This document shows positions 37,757 to 46,924 of a stretch of DNA of 64,000 nucleotides, piece by piece; the stretch's first letter is position 1; every line of letters begins with the position of its first letter. The notes beneath the pieces were generated by a model, which was not told the origin of the DNA, did not search any database, and saw only the letters and a program-made list of their open reading frames with translations. The DNA comes from Armatimonadota bacterium (GTDB lineage Bacteria; Armatimonadota; SYMT01), in the NCBI GenBank assembly GCA_046292385.1, contig JBKBRF010000007.1, positions 32,001 through 96,000 on the forward strand, written 5' to 3'. The position numbers and the translations under genes were made by a program.

Positions 37757-38254
37757 ATGTCTCGTTTCATTCAGATCGCCCTGGCCGTCTCCGGCCTCTC
37801 CGTCTTCGCCTTCGGTCTCGCGGGCGCGGCTCCCAAGGCAGCCGCCCCGGCCGCGAAGCAGCCAGCCTGCTGCGCGCAGAAGAAGGAGTGCTGTGCGGAG
37901 AAGAAGGCGTGTTGCACCACCGCCAAGCCGGCCGCGTGCTGTGCCGAGAAGAAGGCGTGCTGCGACAAGAAGGACGCCGCCTGCTGCGCCAAGACCGCGG
38001 CGGCCGCGGCTCCGGCCTGCTGCGTGGAAAAGAAGGCCTGCTGCGACAAGAAGGCCGCCTGCTGTGATCAGCACCACGCCGCGGCGGACTGCTGCGTGAA
38101 GGGCGCCGAGTGCTGCGCGAAGGGTGCCGAGTGCTGCACCACCGCGAAGAAGGCCGCCGCGATGGACTGCTGCGCCGCCCCGGCCAAGGCCGTTTCGGTG
38201 AAGAAGGCGGCTGCGGTGAAGAAGGCCGCCATGCCGTGCTGCGAAGAGCGCTAA
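37757..38254 (+). CDS. Exported Cys-Cys repeat protein (metallothionein-like)
   Basis: SD AGAGGAG; signal peptide; 14 CC pairs in Ala/Lys-rich repeats of about 7-8 aa. Confidence 0.8.
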   Translation: MSRFIQIALAVSGLSVFAFGLAGAAPKAAAPAAKQPACCAQKKECCAEKKACCTTAKPAACCAEKKACCDKKDAACCAKTAAAAAPACCVEKKACCDKKAACCDQHHAAADCCVKGAECCAKGAECCTTAKKAAAMDCCAAPAKAVSVKKAAAVKKAAMPCCEER

Positions 38255-38277
38255 GCGGCTGAGCGATCGCTCGTGAG

Positions 38278-38312
38278 CGAGGGAGGGGTCTCCGGATCCC
38301 TCCCTCGTTTCT
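38278..38312 (+). terminator. Terminator after the CC-repeat gene
   Basis: CGAGGGAGGG...CCCTCCCTCG then TTTCT. Confidence 0.65.
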
Positions 38313-38343
38313 GTCGCGGCCGGAAGAGACCGCTCTACCTTCG

Positions 38344-38373
38344 TTGCCATCCGGGCGCCGCCGCCGCTACAAT
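38344..38373 (+). promoter_or_regulatory. Sigma70-type promoter for the OsmC-family gene
   Basis: TTGCCA-18 nt-TACAAT. Confidence 0.6.
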
Positions 38374-38403
38374 CCCGGGTAGAGCCTCATTCAGGATGCG
38401 CAG

Positions 38404-38844
38404 ATGACACAGGTAGTCGTGATCTCGGATCGGAACTTCCGGCAGGAGATCTGGGCGGGGGACCACACCCTCGTCGCGGACGAGCCCCGGGAGCTGGGCG
38501 GCGACGATACCGGCGCCACCCCGTACGAGCTGCTGCTCGCCGCGCTCGGCGCCTGCACCTCCATCACGCTGCTGATGTACGCGCGCCGGAAGGGGTGGGA
38601 GCTCCAGGCGGTGGAGATCCGCCTCCGGCACAACCGCGTCCACGCGAAAGACTGCGCGGAGTGCGAGGAGAAAGACAGCTACCTGGACCGGATCGAGAAA
38701 GAAATTGCGGTCTCCGGCAATCTCTCCCCCGAACAGGTGGAGCGGCTGGCGGAGATTGCGGAGAAGTGCCCGGTGAACCGCACGCTGCGTGCGTCGATCG
38801 TAACGAAGCAAGAAATCCGCCTGGCCGCCGCGGGCTCCGCCTGA
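38404..38844 (+). CDS. OsmC/YhfA family protein
   Basis: ADEP..GGDDTG.TPYELLLAALGACT, KCPVNRTL. Confidence 0.93.
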   Translation: MTQVVVISDRNFRQEIWAGDHTLVADEPRELGGDDTGATPYELLLAALGACTSITLLMYARRKGWELQAVEIRLRHNRVHAKDCAECEEKDSYLDRIEKEIAVSGNLSPEQVERLAEIAEKCPVNRTLRASIVTKQEIRLAAAGSA

Positions 38845-38921
38845 AGGTCCGGTCGCCAGGCTCCCGTTCCCCTCTCTACTGCGGCTCTGCCCTCCCGGGC
38901 AGTAGACCGAGGAGTGTCCCG

Positions 38922-39563
38922 ATGATCAAGTCCCGAATGCGTTCCTATGCCCTCGCCGGCGCCGCGGTGCTGGCCGCGACCGGAATCGCCCGCGCCGCCG
39001 TCGACGCGGAGCCGATCCCCGCGGACTACCTGCAGCAGCTCGCGCCGATCGCGCTGCAGCTCTTCCAGGACCAGTTCCCCAACCCGCCCGTAAAGGTGAC
39101 CGCCAACCTGGAGAAGGTGAGCGGCTATCACGTGATGCAGCAGGTCGGCGTGGTGGTGATGCCGGACAAGAACCTCACCGCCGACGCCGTGGCGAAGAGC
39201 GCGGAGAAGGAAGCGCCCGCCGCCATCGTGGTGGCGCGGGGCCTGACCTTCAAGAATAAAGACAAGGCGGTCCCCGCGGAGCGGATCGCCAACGCCGACC
39301 TGGGCCAGGCGAAGCTGCCGGTCTACTTCTTCGCTGTGAAGGGAGAGGGCGAGGAGCGCTCGCTCCTGATCTACTCCAAGGACGCGGAGCCGATCGCGAC
39401 CGCTCCGATGAAGAAGCGCGAGACGGCCGGCACCGATCAGTTCGAGCTGAAGCTCGCCAACGTGGACCTGGAAAAGAAGACCGCCGAGCTGAAGGTCGGC
39501 GTTGGCGGCACCCACGAGACGACGCTGAACCTGGAAGTGCAGAAGGTCGAGCCGCTGCAGTAG
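38922..39563 (+). CDS. Hypothetical secreted protein
   Basis: SD GAGGAG; signal peptide; host-like codon usage. Confidence 0.75.
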   Translation: MIKSRMRSYALAGAAVLAATGIARAAVDAEPIPADYLQQLAPIALQLFQDQFPNPPVKVTANLEKVSGYHVMQQVGVVVMPDKNLTADAVAKSAEKEAPAAIVVARGLTFKNKDKAVPAERIANADLGQAKLPVYFFAVKGEGEERSLLIYSKDAEPIATAPMKKRETAGTDQFELKLANVDLEKKTAELKVGVGGTHETTLNLEVQKVEPLQ

Positions 39564-39789
39564 GGCGTATTTCGTATCGCGTATTGCGTAGCGGCAGGCC
39601 TATTCCGCTTCACAGTACGTCGTGCCGGGCGGGGCCTATTCCGTATCGCGTATTGCGTAGCGGACAGCCGCTACCTCGGTTCCAAGACATCGTGCCGGGC
39701 GGGACGCTGAAGGAGCGTTCCGCCCGGCACGACGTGCTGGTGAAGCGGGATCATCCCGCCGCAACGCAATACGGAATACGCAATACGCC
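39564..39789. repeat. Second CGTATTG-family palindromic element (left arm duplicated)
   Basis: Left arms at 39564 and about 39637, right arm at 39758-39789; internal TACGTCGTGCCG and CGCCCGGCACGACGT match the 3326-3499 copy. Confidence 0.85.
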
Positions 39790-39853
39790 TCCCTCTCGCC
39801 AGCGAGCCGCCGCCCTCGAGAGAGCGCCGGCGGCTACGTGCAAGGAAGGACCA

Positions 39854-40714
39854 TCATCGTACGAGCGAGGCCGCGCGGAGGATCTCCTCCTCTCCGGCCT
39901 CGCTCGCTGCGTACCGGGCGAGCGCGCGGGCGGCCGCGAGCGGATCGGCGCGCAGCTCCTCGAAGCGCAGCTCCAGGTAGCCGCCGGGGTGCTCCCGGAA
40001 CCGCTCCGCCTCGGTCACGTAGCGCTCCCACAGGGCTCGCGCGTAGTTGGGGTCGGTGCTGGGGTTGGAGGGCGGTGGGGACAGCGGGGCCAGCCCCAGC
40101 TTACTCCCGGCGCGCCGCAGCGCCTCTCCCGGGTGGGAGAGCCACCAGCGCAGCCGCTCGCCCGAGGGCAGCGGCGCCCCGGCAGCGCCTGCCCCTCCCG
40201 AGCGGCGGGTGAGGCTGCGGACCACCGCCTCGGCCTCCCGCCGCACGTGGAGGACTCGCGCGTGGGGAAAGAACCGCAGCCAGTAGGGGAGCGTCAGGGT
40301 GGTGCGGGGGTCCTTCCACCCCCACGCCCGCCGGGCACTCTCCAGCTCCGGCTGCAGGTAGTCCCGCCGCAGCGGACCCGACAGCGCCGACGCGATCAGC
40401 GCCTCCGCCCGCGCCGCCAGCTCCGGCGTGTCGCGCCGCTGGAGCAATGGCTCCACGCGGCACCAGTCAGCCTCCGCCGCCGCCAGCAGCGCCTCGTTCA
40501 CGCGGACGAAGGCGAGCGCCTCGCCGTAGCCCTCCGTCCGCAGCCGCTCCTGCAGGGAGGCGGGGTCGGCCTCCGTCGGGATGCGCAGGCCCGGCCCCAT
40601 GTAGACCCCGAGCGCCCCGAGCATGCCGGCGACGACGCTGGTCCCCGACCGGTGCATGCCGATCACGACCAGCGGCGGCGGCAGCTCGCCGAACGGCGAC
40701 TCGGGCGGCAGCAT
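39854..40714 (-). CDS. Sulfotransferase family protein
   Basis: VIGMHRSGTS PAPS-binding loop; WGWKDPR; LRFEEL..P. Confidence 0.88.
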   Translation of the reverse strand: MLPPESPFGELPPPLVVIGMHRSGTSVVAGMLGALGVYMGPGLRIPTEADPASLQERLRTEGYGEALAFVRVNEALLAAAEADWCRVEPLLQRRDTPELAARAEALIASALSGPLRRDYLQPELESARRAWGWKDPRTTLTLPYWLRFFPHARVLHVRREAEAVVRSLTRRSGGAGAAGAPLPSGERLRWWLSHPGEALRRAGSKLGLAPLSPPPSNPSTDPNYARALWERYVTEAERFREHPGGYLELRFEELRADPLAAARALARYAASEAGEEEILRAASLVR

Positions 40715-40722
40715 CGCAGTGG

Positions 40723-41775
40723 TTAGCTTCCGGTGCCGGGATGGACGGCGACCTTGAGCGGGCCGCCGCCGCGGGCGAGCACCGGGAGCAGCGTGGAGAG
40801 CTCCGCGAGGGTGGCGTGCTCCTGGATCAGCACCTCCGCCGGAATCTGCCCCGCCGCCAGCAGGCGCAGCGCCTCTCGCACCATCTCCGGGGTGTGGTGG
40901 AAGGTACCGATCAGCGTGAGGGCGTCGTAGTGGAGGCGGGTGGTGTCGACCTGAATCGACGTGCCGGAAGCGCAGCCGCCGAAGAGGTTCACCACGCCGC
41001 CCTTGCGCGCCAGCGCGATCGCCTGCGACCATGCCTCCGGCGTGCCGACCGCCTCGATCACGCGGTCCGCCCCCCGGCCGCCGGTGCGGCCGCGCACCCA
41101 CGCCACCGGGTCGACCTCACCGGCGACGTCGAGCACCTCTTCCGCGCCGAGGGCGCGGGCGGCGGCGAGGCGCCCCTCCCGCCGGCCGAGCATCAGCACG
41201 CGAGCGCCCTTCAAAACGGCGCAGCGGGCGAGCAGCAGCCCGAGCGGCCCGGCGCCGAGGATGGCGACCGTCTCCCCCGCTCGCACGCCGGTCTCGTGGA
41301 CGCCGTGGACGGCGCAGGCGAGCGGCTCCGCCAGGGCGGCGGCCTCGAACGGGAGCGTCTCCGGCAGGCGGTGCAGGTTCTTCCGGACCAGCCGCGCCGG
41401 GAGCGTGGCGTACTCCGCGTAGGCGCCGTTGAAGAAGAGCAGGTCCTCGCACAGCTCCTCGCGGTCGACCCCGCAGAAGAAGCACTCCCCGCACGGCGCG
41501 GAGTTCGCCGCCACCACACGGTCGCCGGGGGACCAGCCGGTGACGCCCTCGCCGACGGCGTCGATCACCCCGGCCAGCTCGTGACCGAAGACCGCCGGAG
41601 GCACGATCATGCGGGCGTGGTAGCCGCGGCGGAAGACTTTCAGGTCGGTCCCGCAGGTGAGCGCCGCGCCAATCCGGACCCGCACCTCGCCCGGGCCAAC
41701 CGCCGGCACCGGGACGCGCTCCAGCCGCGCGTCCTCCTTGCCGTAGAGCACGAGAGCCTGCATCGTCTCACTCAC
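40723..41775 (-). CDS. Zinc-dependent alcohol/sugar dehydrogenase (MDR)
   Basis: CGTDLK, GHE, CGECFFC, GAGPLG; GTGA overlap with the upstream paralog. Confidence 0.92.
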   Translation of the reverse strand: MSETMQALVLYGKEDARLERVPVPAVGPGEVRVRIGAALTCGTDLKVFRRGYHARMIVPPAVFGHELAGVIDAVGEGVTGWSPGDRVVAANSAPCGECFFCGVDREELCEDLLFFNGAYAEYATLPARLVRKNLHRLPETLPFEAAALAEPLACAVHGVHETGVRAGETVAILGAGPLGLLLARCAVLKGARVLMLGRREGRLAAARALGAEEVLDVAGEVDPVAWVRGRTGGRGADRVIEAVGTPEAWSQAIALARKGGVVNLFGGCASGTSIQVDTTRLHYDALTLIGTFHHTPEMVREALRLLAAGQIPAEVLIQEHATLAELSTLLPVLARGGGPLKVAVHPGTGS

Positions 41776-42845
41776 GGCTGCACCAGCACCTTCAGGGAGT
41801 CGGGCCGGGGCCGCGCCGCCACCTCCAGCGCCTCCGCGATCCGGTCCAGTGGAAAGCGGTGGGTGATGAGCGGGCGCACGTCGATCCGCCGAGTGAAGAG
41901 CAGCTCCGCCGCCAGCGGCTGGAGGTCGATATCGGCGCTGTAAGAGCCGAGAAGCGCCTTCTCCCGCATGCAGACCTGGCCGGCGTCGAGCGTGACCGCC
42001 TCGCCCAACCGCGTCTGCGCGAAGAGCAGCACGCGCCCGCCCGGCCGGACCGCCCGGAACGCTTCTTCCACCACCGCGGTGCTCGCCACCGCCACCACCG
42101 CCAGGTCCGCCCCCCGGCCGGCGGTAAGCTCCGCGCAGAGGGCGGGAACGCCGGTCCCGCGCGGGTCGACCGACCGGGCGCCGAGCTGCTCCGCAATGGC
42201 CCGGCGGAACGGATGGAAGTCGGTCCCCACCACCTGCACGCCGCGCTCCCGCAGCGCCTGAGTGAAGAGCAGCCCGATCGGCCCCTGCCCGATGACGAGC
42301 GCGGTCTCTTCGGCCTGGGCCCCGGCGGTCTCCACGCCCTTGAGCACGGTGTTCAGCGGCTCCAGAAAGCTCGCTTCCTCGAAGCTGATCTCGTCCGGGA
42401 TGGCGACCACCCCCCGCCGCACGAACGGCAGCACCCGCGCGTATTCCGCGAAGCCTCCGCCCGCCGGCTCGAACCCCGCCGTCACGCCGGTGCGGAGGTA
42501 GCCGGCACAGAAGGCATACTGTCGCCGCGCGCAGTAGAAGCAGTCGCCGCACGGCACGTGGTGGTGCACCACCACCCGGTCGCCCACGCGCCACTCCGTC
42601 TCCCCGGGCGCGACCGCGGCGATCGTTCCCGCCGTCTCGTGCCCGAAGACCCGCGGCGGCGGCGTGAGGCCGTACTCGATCTTCTTCAGGTCGGTCCCGC
42701 ACACCCCGCAGGTGTGCACGCGCACCAGCAGCTCTCCCGGCCCGATCTCCGGCACCGGCAGCTCCTCCACCTCCACCCGCCCTTCGCCGCGGTAGACCGC
42801 TGCTCTCATGCGCGTCGGTGACCTCTCCACGTGCTGCTCGATCAT
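41772..42845 (-). CDS. Zinc-dependent alcohol/sugar dehydrogenase (MDR)
   Basis: CGTDLKK, GHE, CGDCFYC, GQGPIG; start may be 42809. Confidence 0.92.
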   Translation of the reverse strand: MIEQHVERSPTRMRAAVYRGEGRVEVEELPVPEIGPGELLVRVHTCGVCGTDLKKIEYGLTPPPRVFGHETAGTIAAVAPGETEWRVGDRVVVHHHVPCGDCFYCARRQYAFCAGYLRTGVTAGFEPAGGGFAEYARVLPFVRRGVVAIPDEISFEEASFLEPLNTVLKGVETAGAQAEETALVIGQGPIGLLFTQALRERGVQVVGTDFHPFRRAIAEQLGARSVDPRGTGVPALCAELTAGRGADLAVVAVASTAVVEEAFRAVRPGGRVLLFAQTRLGEAVTLDAGQVCMREKALLGSYSADIDLQPLAAELLFTRRIDVRPLITHRFPLDRIAEALEVAARPRPDSLKVLVQP

Positions 42846-43228
42846 GCGGCTTTTGCTGGAGCAGCCGCTGCGTCCGATGGACCGTCACCCCGAGGTGTTT
42901 CCTGCGGAAGCAGCTCAAAGCTAACTACCACCCGCCGCCCCAGAGCGCTCGCGATTCGCCGCAGCATCGTCAATGAGTGCCCTTCGTACTCGGCATCCTC
43001 TAGTTGGCTGATGACGGACTGCGTCGTGCCCACGCGCTCTGCCAGGTCTCGCTGCGAAAGTCCCGCTTCCTTACGCAGCGACTGGAGCGCCTGCCCCACG
43101 GCGAGAGCCTCCTCGAACTGACGCGAGAGCTCATCGGCGCGTGCCTCTGCACGGGCTATCGCCTCCCGATCACCCTGGAGTACGACCTCACGAAGGATCT
43201 CCAGGCCATTCCTCGTCTTCCGCTTCAT
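42842..43228 (-). CDS. XRE-family HTH protein (HigA-like antitoxin, no adjacent toxin)
   Basis: LRKEAGLSQRDLAERVGTTQSVISQLEDAEYEGHSLTMLRRIA. Confidence 0.85.
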   Translation of the reverse strand: MKRKTRNGLEILREVVLQGDREAIARAEARADELSRQFEEALAVGQALQSLRKEAGLSQRDLAERVGTTQSVISQLEDAEYEGHSLTMLRRIASALGRRVVVSFELLPQETPRGDGPSDAAAAPAKAA

Positions 43229-43606
43229 AGCTCTACCTCTGCCGTGTGAGCGCGTGGTTCCTGCCTACCACCGCGGTCCAGTTGCCGCCGGAGCCCGTGG
43301 CGGGCCAGCGTTCCGAGCACGGGTGTAAGATGTTTCGCAGGTTAGTCTCCACCTCGCGCCCGGGCGTCGGCTGGCTCAACATGACAGTTCTTTGGGGCGG
43401 CCGTGCCGTATCCGAGTGGGCTGTGCGTGGAGCTCACACCACTCACCAGTGCAGTCATTCTGAACGTCAGTGAAGAATCTCGGCAGCTGCTCTGGGACGG
43501 CATTCGCATCGGGGTGATGAGGATTCCCCCCCTCCGGTACCTTACCGCTCCCGCCGGTCTACCGCCCGCATCCCAGAACCGAACCGCCGTGTGCGATAAT
43601 CAGCCT

Positions 43607-45118
43607 ATGACCCCCGATACCTCGATTCTGAACGAGCTGACGCCCGGAATGCCGATCCTCTACGGCGGGAACCGCGTGACGCGGGTGCCGGAGGAGACGG
43701 CGCGGCGCTTCCGGCCGGGCGACCGGCTCCTGGTGGTGGAGCAGACCGGCGACCTCCTGCTGGTGCCCGCGGAGGCATTCCGCGAGGCGGGGGAGGCGGT
43801 GGGCCGGGCGCACGCGGCGTTCCAGGCGATGGGCTCCGTGCCGGACGAGGCGATCACCCGTTTTTACGAGGAATTCGCCCGGCGGCTGGAATCCGAAGAG
43901 AGCTGGGGCGCCATTGCCGCGGCCAACGCGCAGGACGTGGAGCAGGCGCGGGCGCGGGGCCGCTCCGTGACCCGGCTGGTCGCCTCGGAGAAGATGCGCG
44001 CCGACATGATCGCCGGCCTCCGCGGCTGGCGGGACGCGCCTACCTCCCGCGGCCGCGTGGCGGAAGCAGTGGAGCACGACGGCTGGCGCGTGGAGCAGGT
44101 GGTCGCGCCGCTGGGGGTGGTCGGCTTCGTCTTCGAGGCCCGGCCGAACGTCTTTGCGGATGCCACCGGCGTGCTGCGCGGCGGGAACACCGTCGTCTTC
44201 CGGATCGGCAGCGACGCGCTCGGGACCGCGCGCGCCATCGTGGAGCAGGCGCTGGAGCCGGCGCTCGCGGCGGCGGGCCTGCCTTCCGGCGCCGCCTCGC
44301 TGGTGCAGAGCGGCGACCGTGCCGCCGGCTGGGCCATGTTCTCCGACCCGCGCCTGGCGCTGGCGGTGGCGCGCGGCTCCGGCCAGGCGGTGGCGCAGCT
44401 CGGCGCCGTGGCGCGGCAGTCCGGGATCCCGGTGAGCCTCCACGGCACCGGGGGCGCCTGGCTGGTGGCCGCGCCGGACGCGGACGCGGAGCGGTTCGCG
44501 GCGGCGGTCTACCACTCCCTCGACCGCAAAGTCTGCAACACGCTGAACGTCTGCTGCATCGACCGCTCCCGCGTGGGCGACCTCCTCCCGGCTTTCCTGC
44601 AGTCGCTCGGCCGGGCCGGCGAACGGCGCGGGCAGAACAGCAAGCTCCACGTGGTGGAGGGCGACGAGCGGTATCTTCCCGAGGGCGCGCTGGAGACCCG
44701 GGTGCGCGTGCGCCGCGCGGAGGGCGACGTGGAGGAGCCGTGGGCGGAGCTGCTCCCGGAGGCGGAGCTGGGTCGGGAATGGGAGTGGGAAGAGTCGCCG
44801 GAGGTTTCGCTCAAGATCGTCGACGGAATCGACCACGCGGTGCGGCTCTTCAACACCTACAGCCCGCAGTTCGTCGCCGCGCTGGTGAGCGAGGACCCGG
44901 AGGCGCACCGGCGGTTCTACGAGGCGGCCAACGCGCCGTTCGTCGGCAACGGCTTCACCCGGTGGGTCGACGGCCAGTACGCCTTTCTCCGTCCGGAGCT
45001 CGGCCTCTCCAACTGGCAGCACGGCCGCCTCTTTGCCCGTGGCGCCGTCCTGAGCGGCGACGGCGTCTTCACCCTCCGCACCCGCGCCTGGCAGTCCGAC
45101 CCGGAGGTGCACCGGTAG
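43607..45118 (+). CDS. Divergent gamma-glutamyl phosphate reductase-like aldehyde dehydrogenase
   Basis: PLGVVGFVFEARPNV, RIGSDA, ARGS, KVCNT; N-terminal extension. Confidence 0.75.
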   Translation: MTPDTSILNELTPGMPILYGGNRVTRVPEETARRFRPGDRLLVVEQTGDLLLVPAEAFREAGEAVGRAHAAFQAMGSVPDEAITRFYEEFARRLESEESWGAIAAANAQDVEQARARGRSVTRLVASEKMRADMIAGLRGWRDAPTSRGRVAEAVEHDGWRVEQVVAPLGVVGFVFEARPNVFADATGVLRGGNTVVFRIGSDALGTARAIVEQALEPALAAAGLPSGAASLVQSGDRAAGWAMFSDPRLALAVARGSGQAVAQLGAVARQSGIPVSLHGTGGAWLVAAPDADAERFAAAVYHSLDRKVCNTLNVCCIDRSRVGDLLPAFLQSLGRAGERRGQNSKLHVVEGDERYLPEGALETRVRVRRAEGDVEEPWAELLPEAELGREWEWEESPEVSLKIVDGIDHAVRLFNTYSPQFVAALVSEDPEAHRRFYEAANAPFVGNGFTRWVDGQYAFLRPELGLSNWQHGRLFARGAVLSGDGVFTLRTRAWQSDPEVHR

Positions 45119-45167
45119 CTCTTCTCGCAGCGCCCGGCACCCCGCGCCGCCCACCCTCCGAGACGGC

Positions 45168-45848
45168 TCAGGCCGCCGCGGAAAGGCGGGCGGCGGGGCC
45201 GAGCTGGGCCAGGAGCCGGGCTACCTCTTCGTCGGTGCTCTGGTCGAAGTCCTGGTACCAGGCGCCCACTGCCATGAACGGCTCCGGGGTGCGCAAGGCG
45301 ACCACCTCGTCGGCGATTTCGCGGAGCTGCGGGATCGCGCTCGGCGGCGCCACCGGCACCGCGACGACGAGCTTCCCCACCCCCTGCCCGCGCAGGCCTT
45401 CCAGCGCCGCGCGGATGGTGTAGCCCGTAGCGATACCGTCGTCGACCACGATCACGGTGCGCCCCGTCAGGTTCGGCTCCGGCCGCCCGCTGCGGTAATA
45501 ATCGACCCGCCGCCGGATCTCCTCGAGCTGTCGCCGGCTCTCCTCCTCGATGTACTCTGCCGAAACCCGGAGCATGCGGATCGTCCGCTCGTCCAACAGC
45601 CGCGTCCCACCGCTCACCACGGCGCCGATTGCCAGCTCCGGCTGCATCGGCGCGCCGATCTTGCGGGCGATGATCACGTCGAGCGGCGCGTCCAACGCCC
45701 GGGCCACCTCCGCCGCAACCACCACTCCACCGCGCGGAACGCCCAGCACGATCGTGTCCGGTCCGGCGAACCGCTGCAGCGGCTCCGAGAGCAGCCGCCC
45801 GGCCTCGGTCCGGTCCAGAAATGTCTGCAGGCCCCTTCGAAACTCCAT
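45168..45848 (-). CDS. Phosphoribosyltransferase-like protein
   Basis: F.DR.EAGR.L, PRGGV, RKIGAP..PELAIGA, VVDDGIATG, AVGAWYQDF. Confidence 0.9.
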   Translation of the reverse strand: MEFRRGLQTFLDRTEAGRLLSEPLQRFAGPDTIVLGVPRGGVVVAAEVARALDAPLDVIIARKIGAPMQPELAIGAVVSGGTRLLDERTIRMLRVSAEYIEEESRRQLEEIRRRVDYYRSGRPEPNLTGRTVIVVDDGIATGYTIRAALEGLRGQGVGKLVVAVPVAPPSAIPQLREIADEVVALRTPEPFMAVGAWYQDFDQSTDEEVARLLAQLGPAARLSAAA

Positions 45849-45922
45849 CGCCGCCTCCTCTCCCCTCCATTCTTCCCCGGCGCGCGCGAAGCGAAAGCCC
45901 GGCTGCGTGATGCGGCGGTCCG

Positions 45923-46858
45923 CTATCCCAATGTGCGTGCCACCTCTCGCCGGACGGGGCCCGGCCGGTAGCCGAGGCGCCGGTTGATCCGGATCATCGC
46001 GGCGTTGTCCAGCTCGCTGGAGGTGAAGAACTGCTCGACCCCCTGTCGCCGCGCCCACCGGATCGCAGCGAGCTTCAGCACCGGCGCGATCCCGCGGCCG
46101 CGGTAGGCGGGGGCGACCCCGGTGAAGTCGTTCTCCGCCGCCGTCTCCGTCAGCCGCCGGAGAAAGGTCATCCCGACCGGCACCCCCGCGTCCAGCGCCA
46201 CCCAGAAGCTCTCCGGCGAGAGCCCGGGACCGTCCAGCACCGCGCCCCGCCAGGAACCGAAGCCCGGCAGCGACGCACCGCCCCCCGGATCCTCTCCGGA
46301 GGCGAGGCGATGGAGCGCCTGGAGGAATGCCTCGTGAGGAGACAGCTCCGCCAGCGAGGCGAGGCGCAGCCCTTCCTGGCGGAGCCGCTCTTCCACTCCC
46401 GCATAGGGGGCCAGGGTCGCTTGCGAGAGCCGGAGGTGATACTCCTGGACCGCCTGGCCGGTCTCCACGAGGCCGCGCCGCTGCGCGAAGCGCCGGGACC
46501 GCTCGTCGTCCGCGCGCACCCAGCCGAGGAGCCTCGCTGCTCCCCGCACCTCCAGACGGCGCGCCAGGTGCGCGTAGAGCCCGAACCCGACGCCGCGCCC
46601 GTAGTGCGCCGGCTCGACCCGGATCTCGAGCGAGTAGATGCCGGCGTCCGCCACCCACCAGGCCGGGCTGGCGGTGCCGTATCCGGCCAGCTCTCCCCGG
46701 CGCTCCGCAGCCCACTGCTCGGCTTCGCCCCGCGGCTCTACGGCGAGTGGGGAGAGTGGAGGCCCGTCCGGCTCCTGGCGCGCGTAGAGCTCCGCTACGG
46801 TGGGAGAGTCGTCCACGCGCAGGGGGCGCAGGAGCAGCTCATCACTCTGAGATGGCAC
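45923..46858 (-). CDS. Tandem GNAT acetyltransferase
   Basis: VEPAHYGRGVG and TGVAPAYRGRGIA acetyl-CoA motifs; N.AM.RIN.RLGY. Confidence 0.88.
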   Translation of the reverse strand: MPSQSDELLLRPLRVDDSPTVAELYARQEPDGPPLSPLAVEPRGEAEQWAAERRGELAGYGTASPAWWVADAGIYSLEIRVEPAHYGRGVGFGLYAHLARRLEVRGAARLLGWVRADDERSRRFAQRRGLVETGQAVQEYHLRLSQATLAPYAGVEERLRQEGLRLASLAELSPHEAFLQALHRLASGEDPGGGASLPGFGSWRGAVLDGPGLSPESFWVALDAGVPVGMTFLRRLTETAAENDFTGVAPAYRGRGIAPVLKLAAIRWARRQGVEQFFTSSELDNAAMIRINRRLGYRPGPVRREVARTLG

Positions 46859-46924
46859 CAGCAGGTTCCTCCGCTCGCCCCCGCCAGGGTTCAGCGTCCG
46901 CGGCCGATCGCTCGTCCCGGCCCG

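Noticed and set aside
38404..38844. osmC as a third gene of the RGPP/CC-repeat unit
   Set aside because: It is separated by a terminator and has its own promoter; a functional link is unsupported.
3326..39789. CRISPR interpretation of the intergenic repeats
   Set aside because: No regularly spaced identical repeats with unique spacers, and no cas genes.
40723..42918. Apparent 731-aa dehydrogenase
   Set aside because: Its N-terminal half is an off-frame read of the upstream paralog; the real gene starts at about 41775 or 41763.
43229..43600. Toxin partner for the HigA-like gene
   Set aside because: The short upstream ORF I translated shows no RelE/HigB features.
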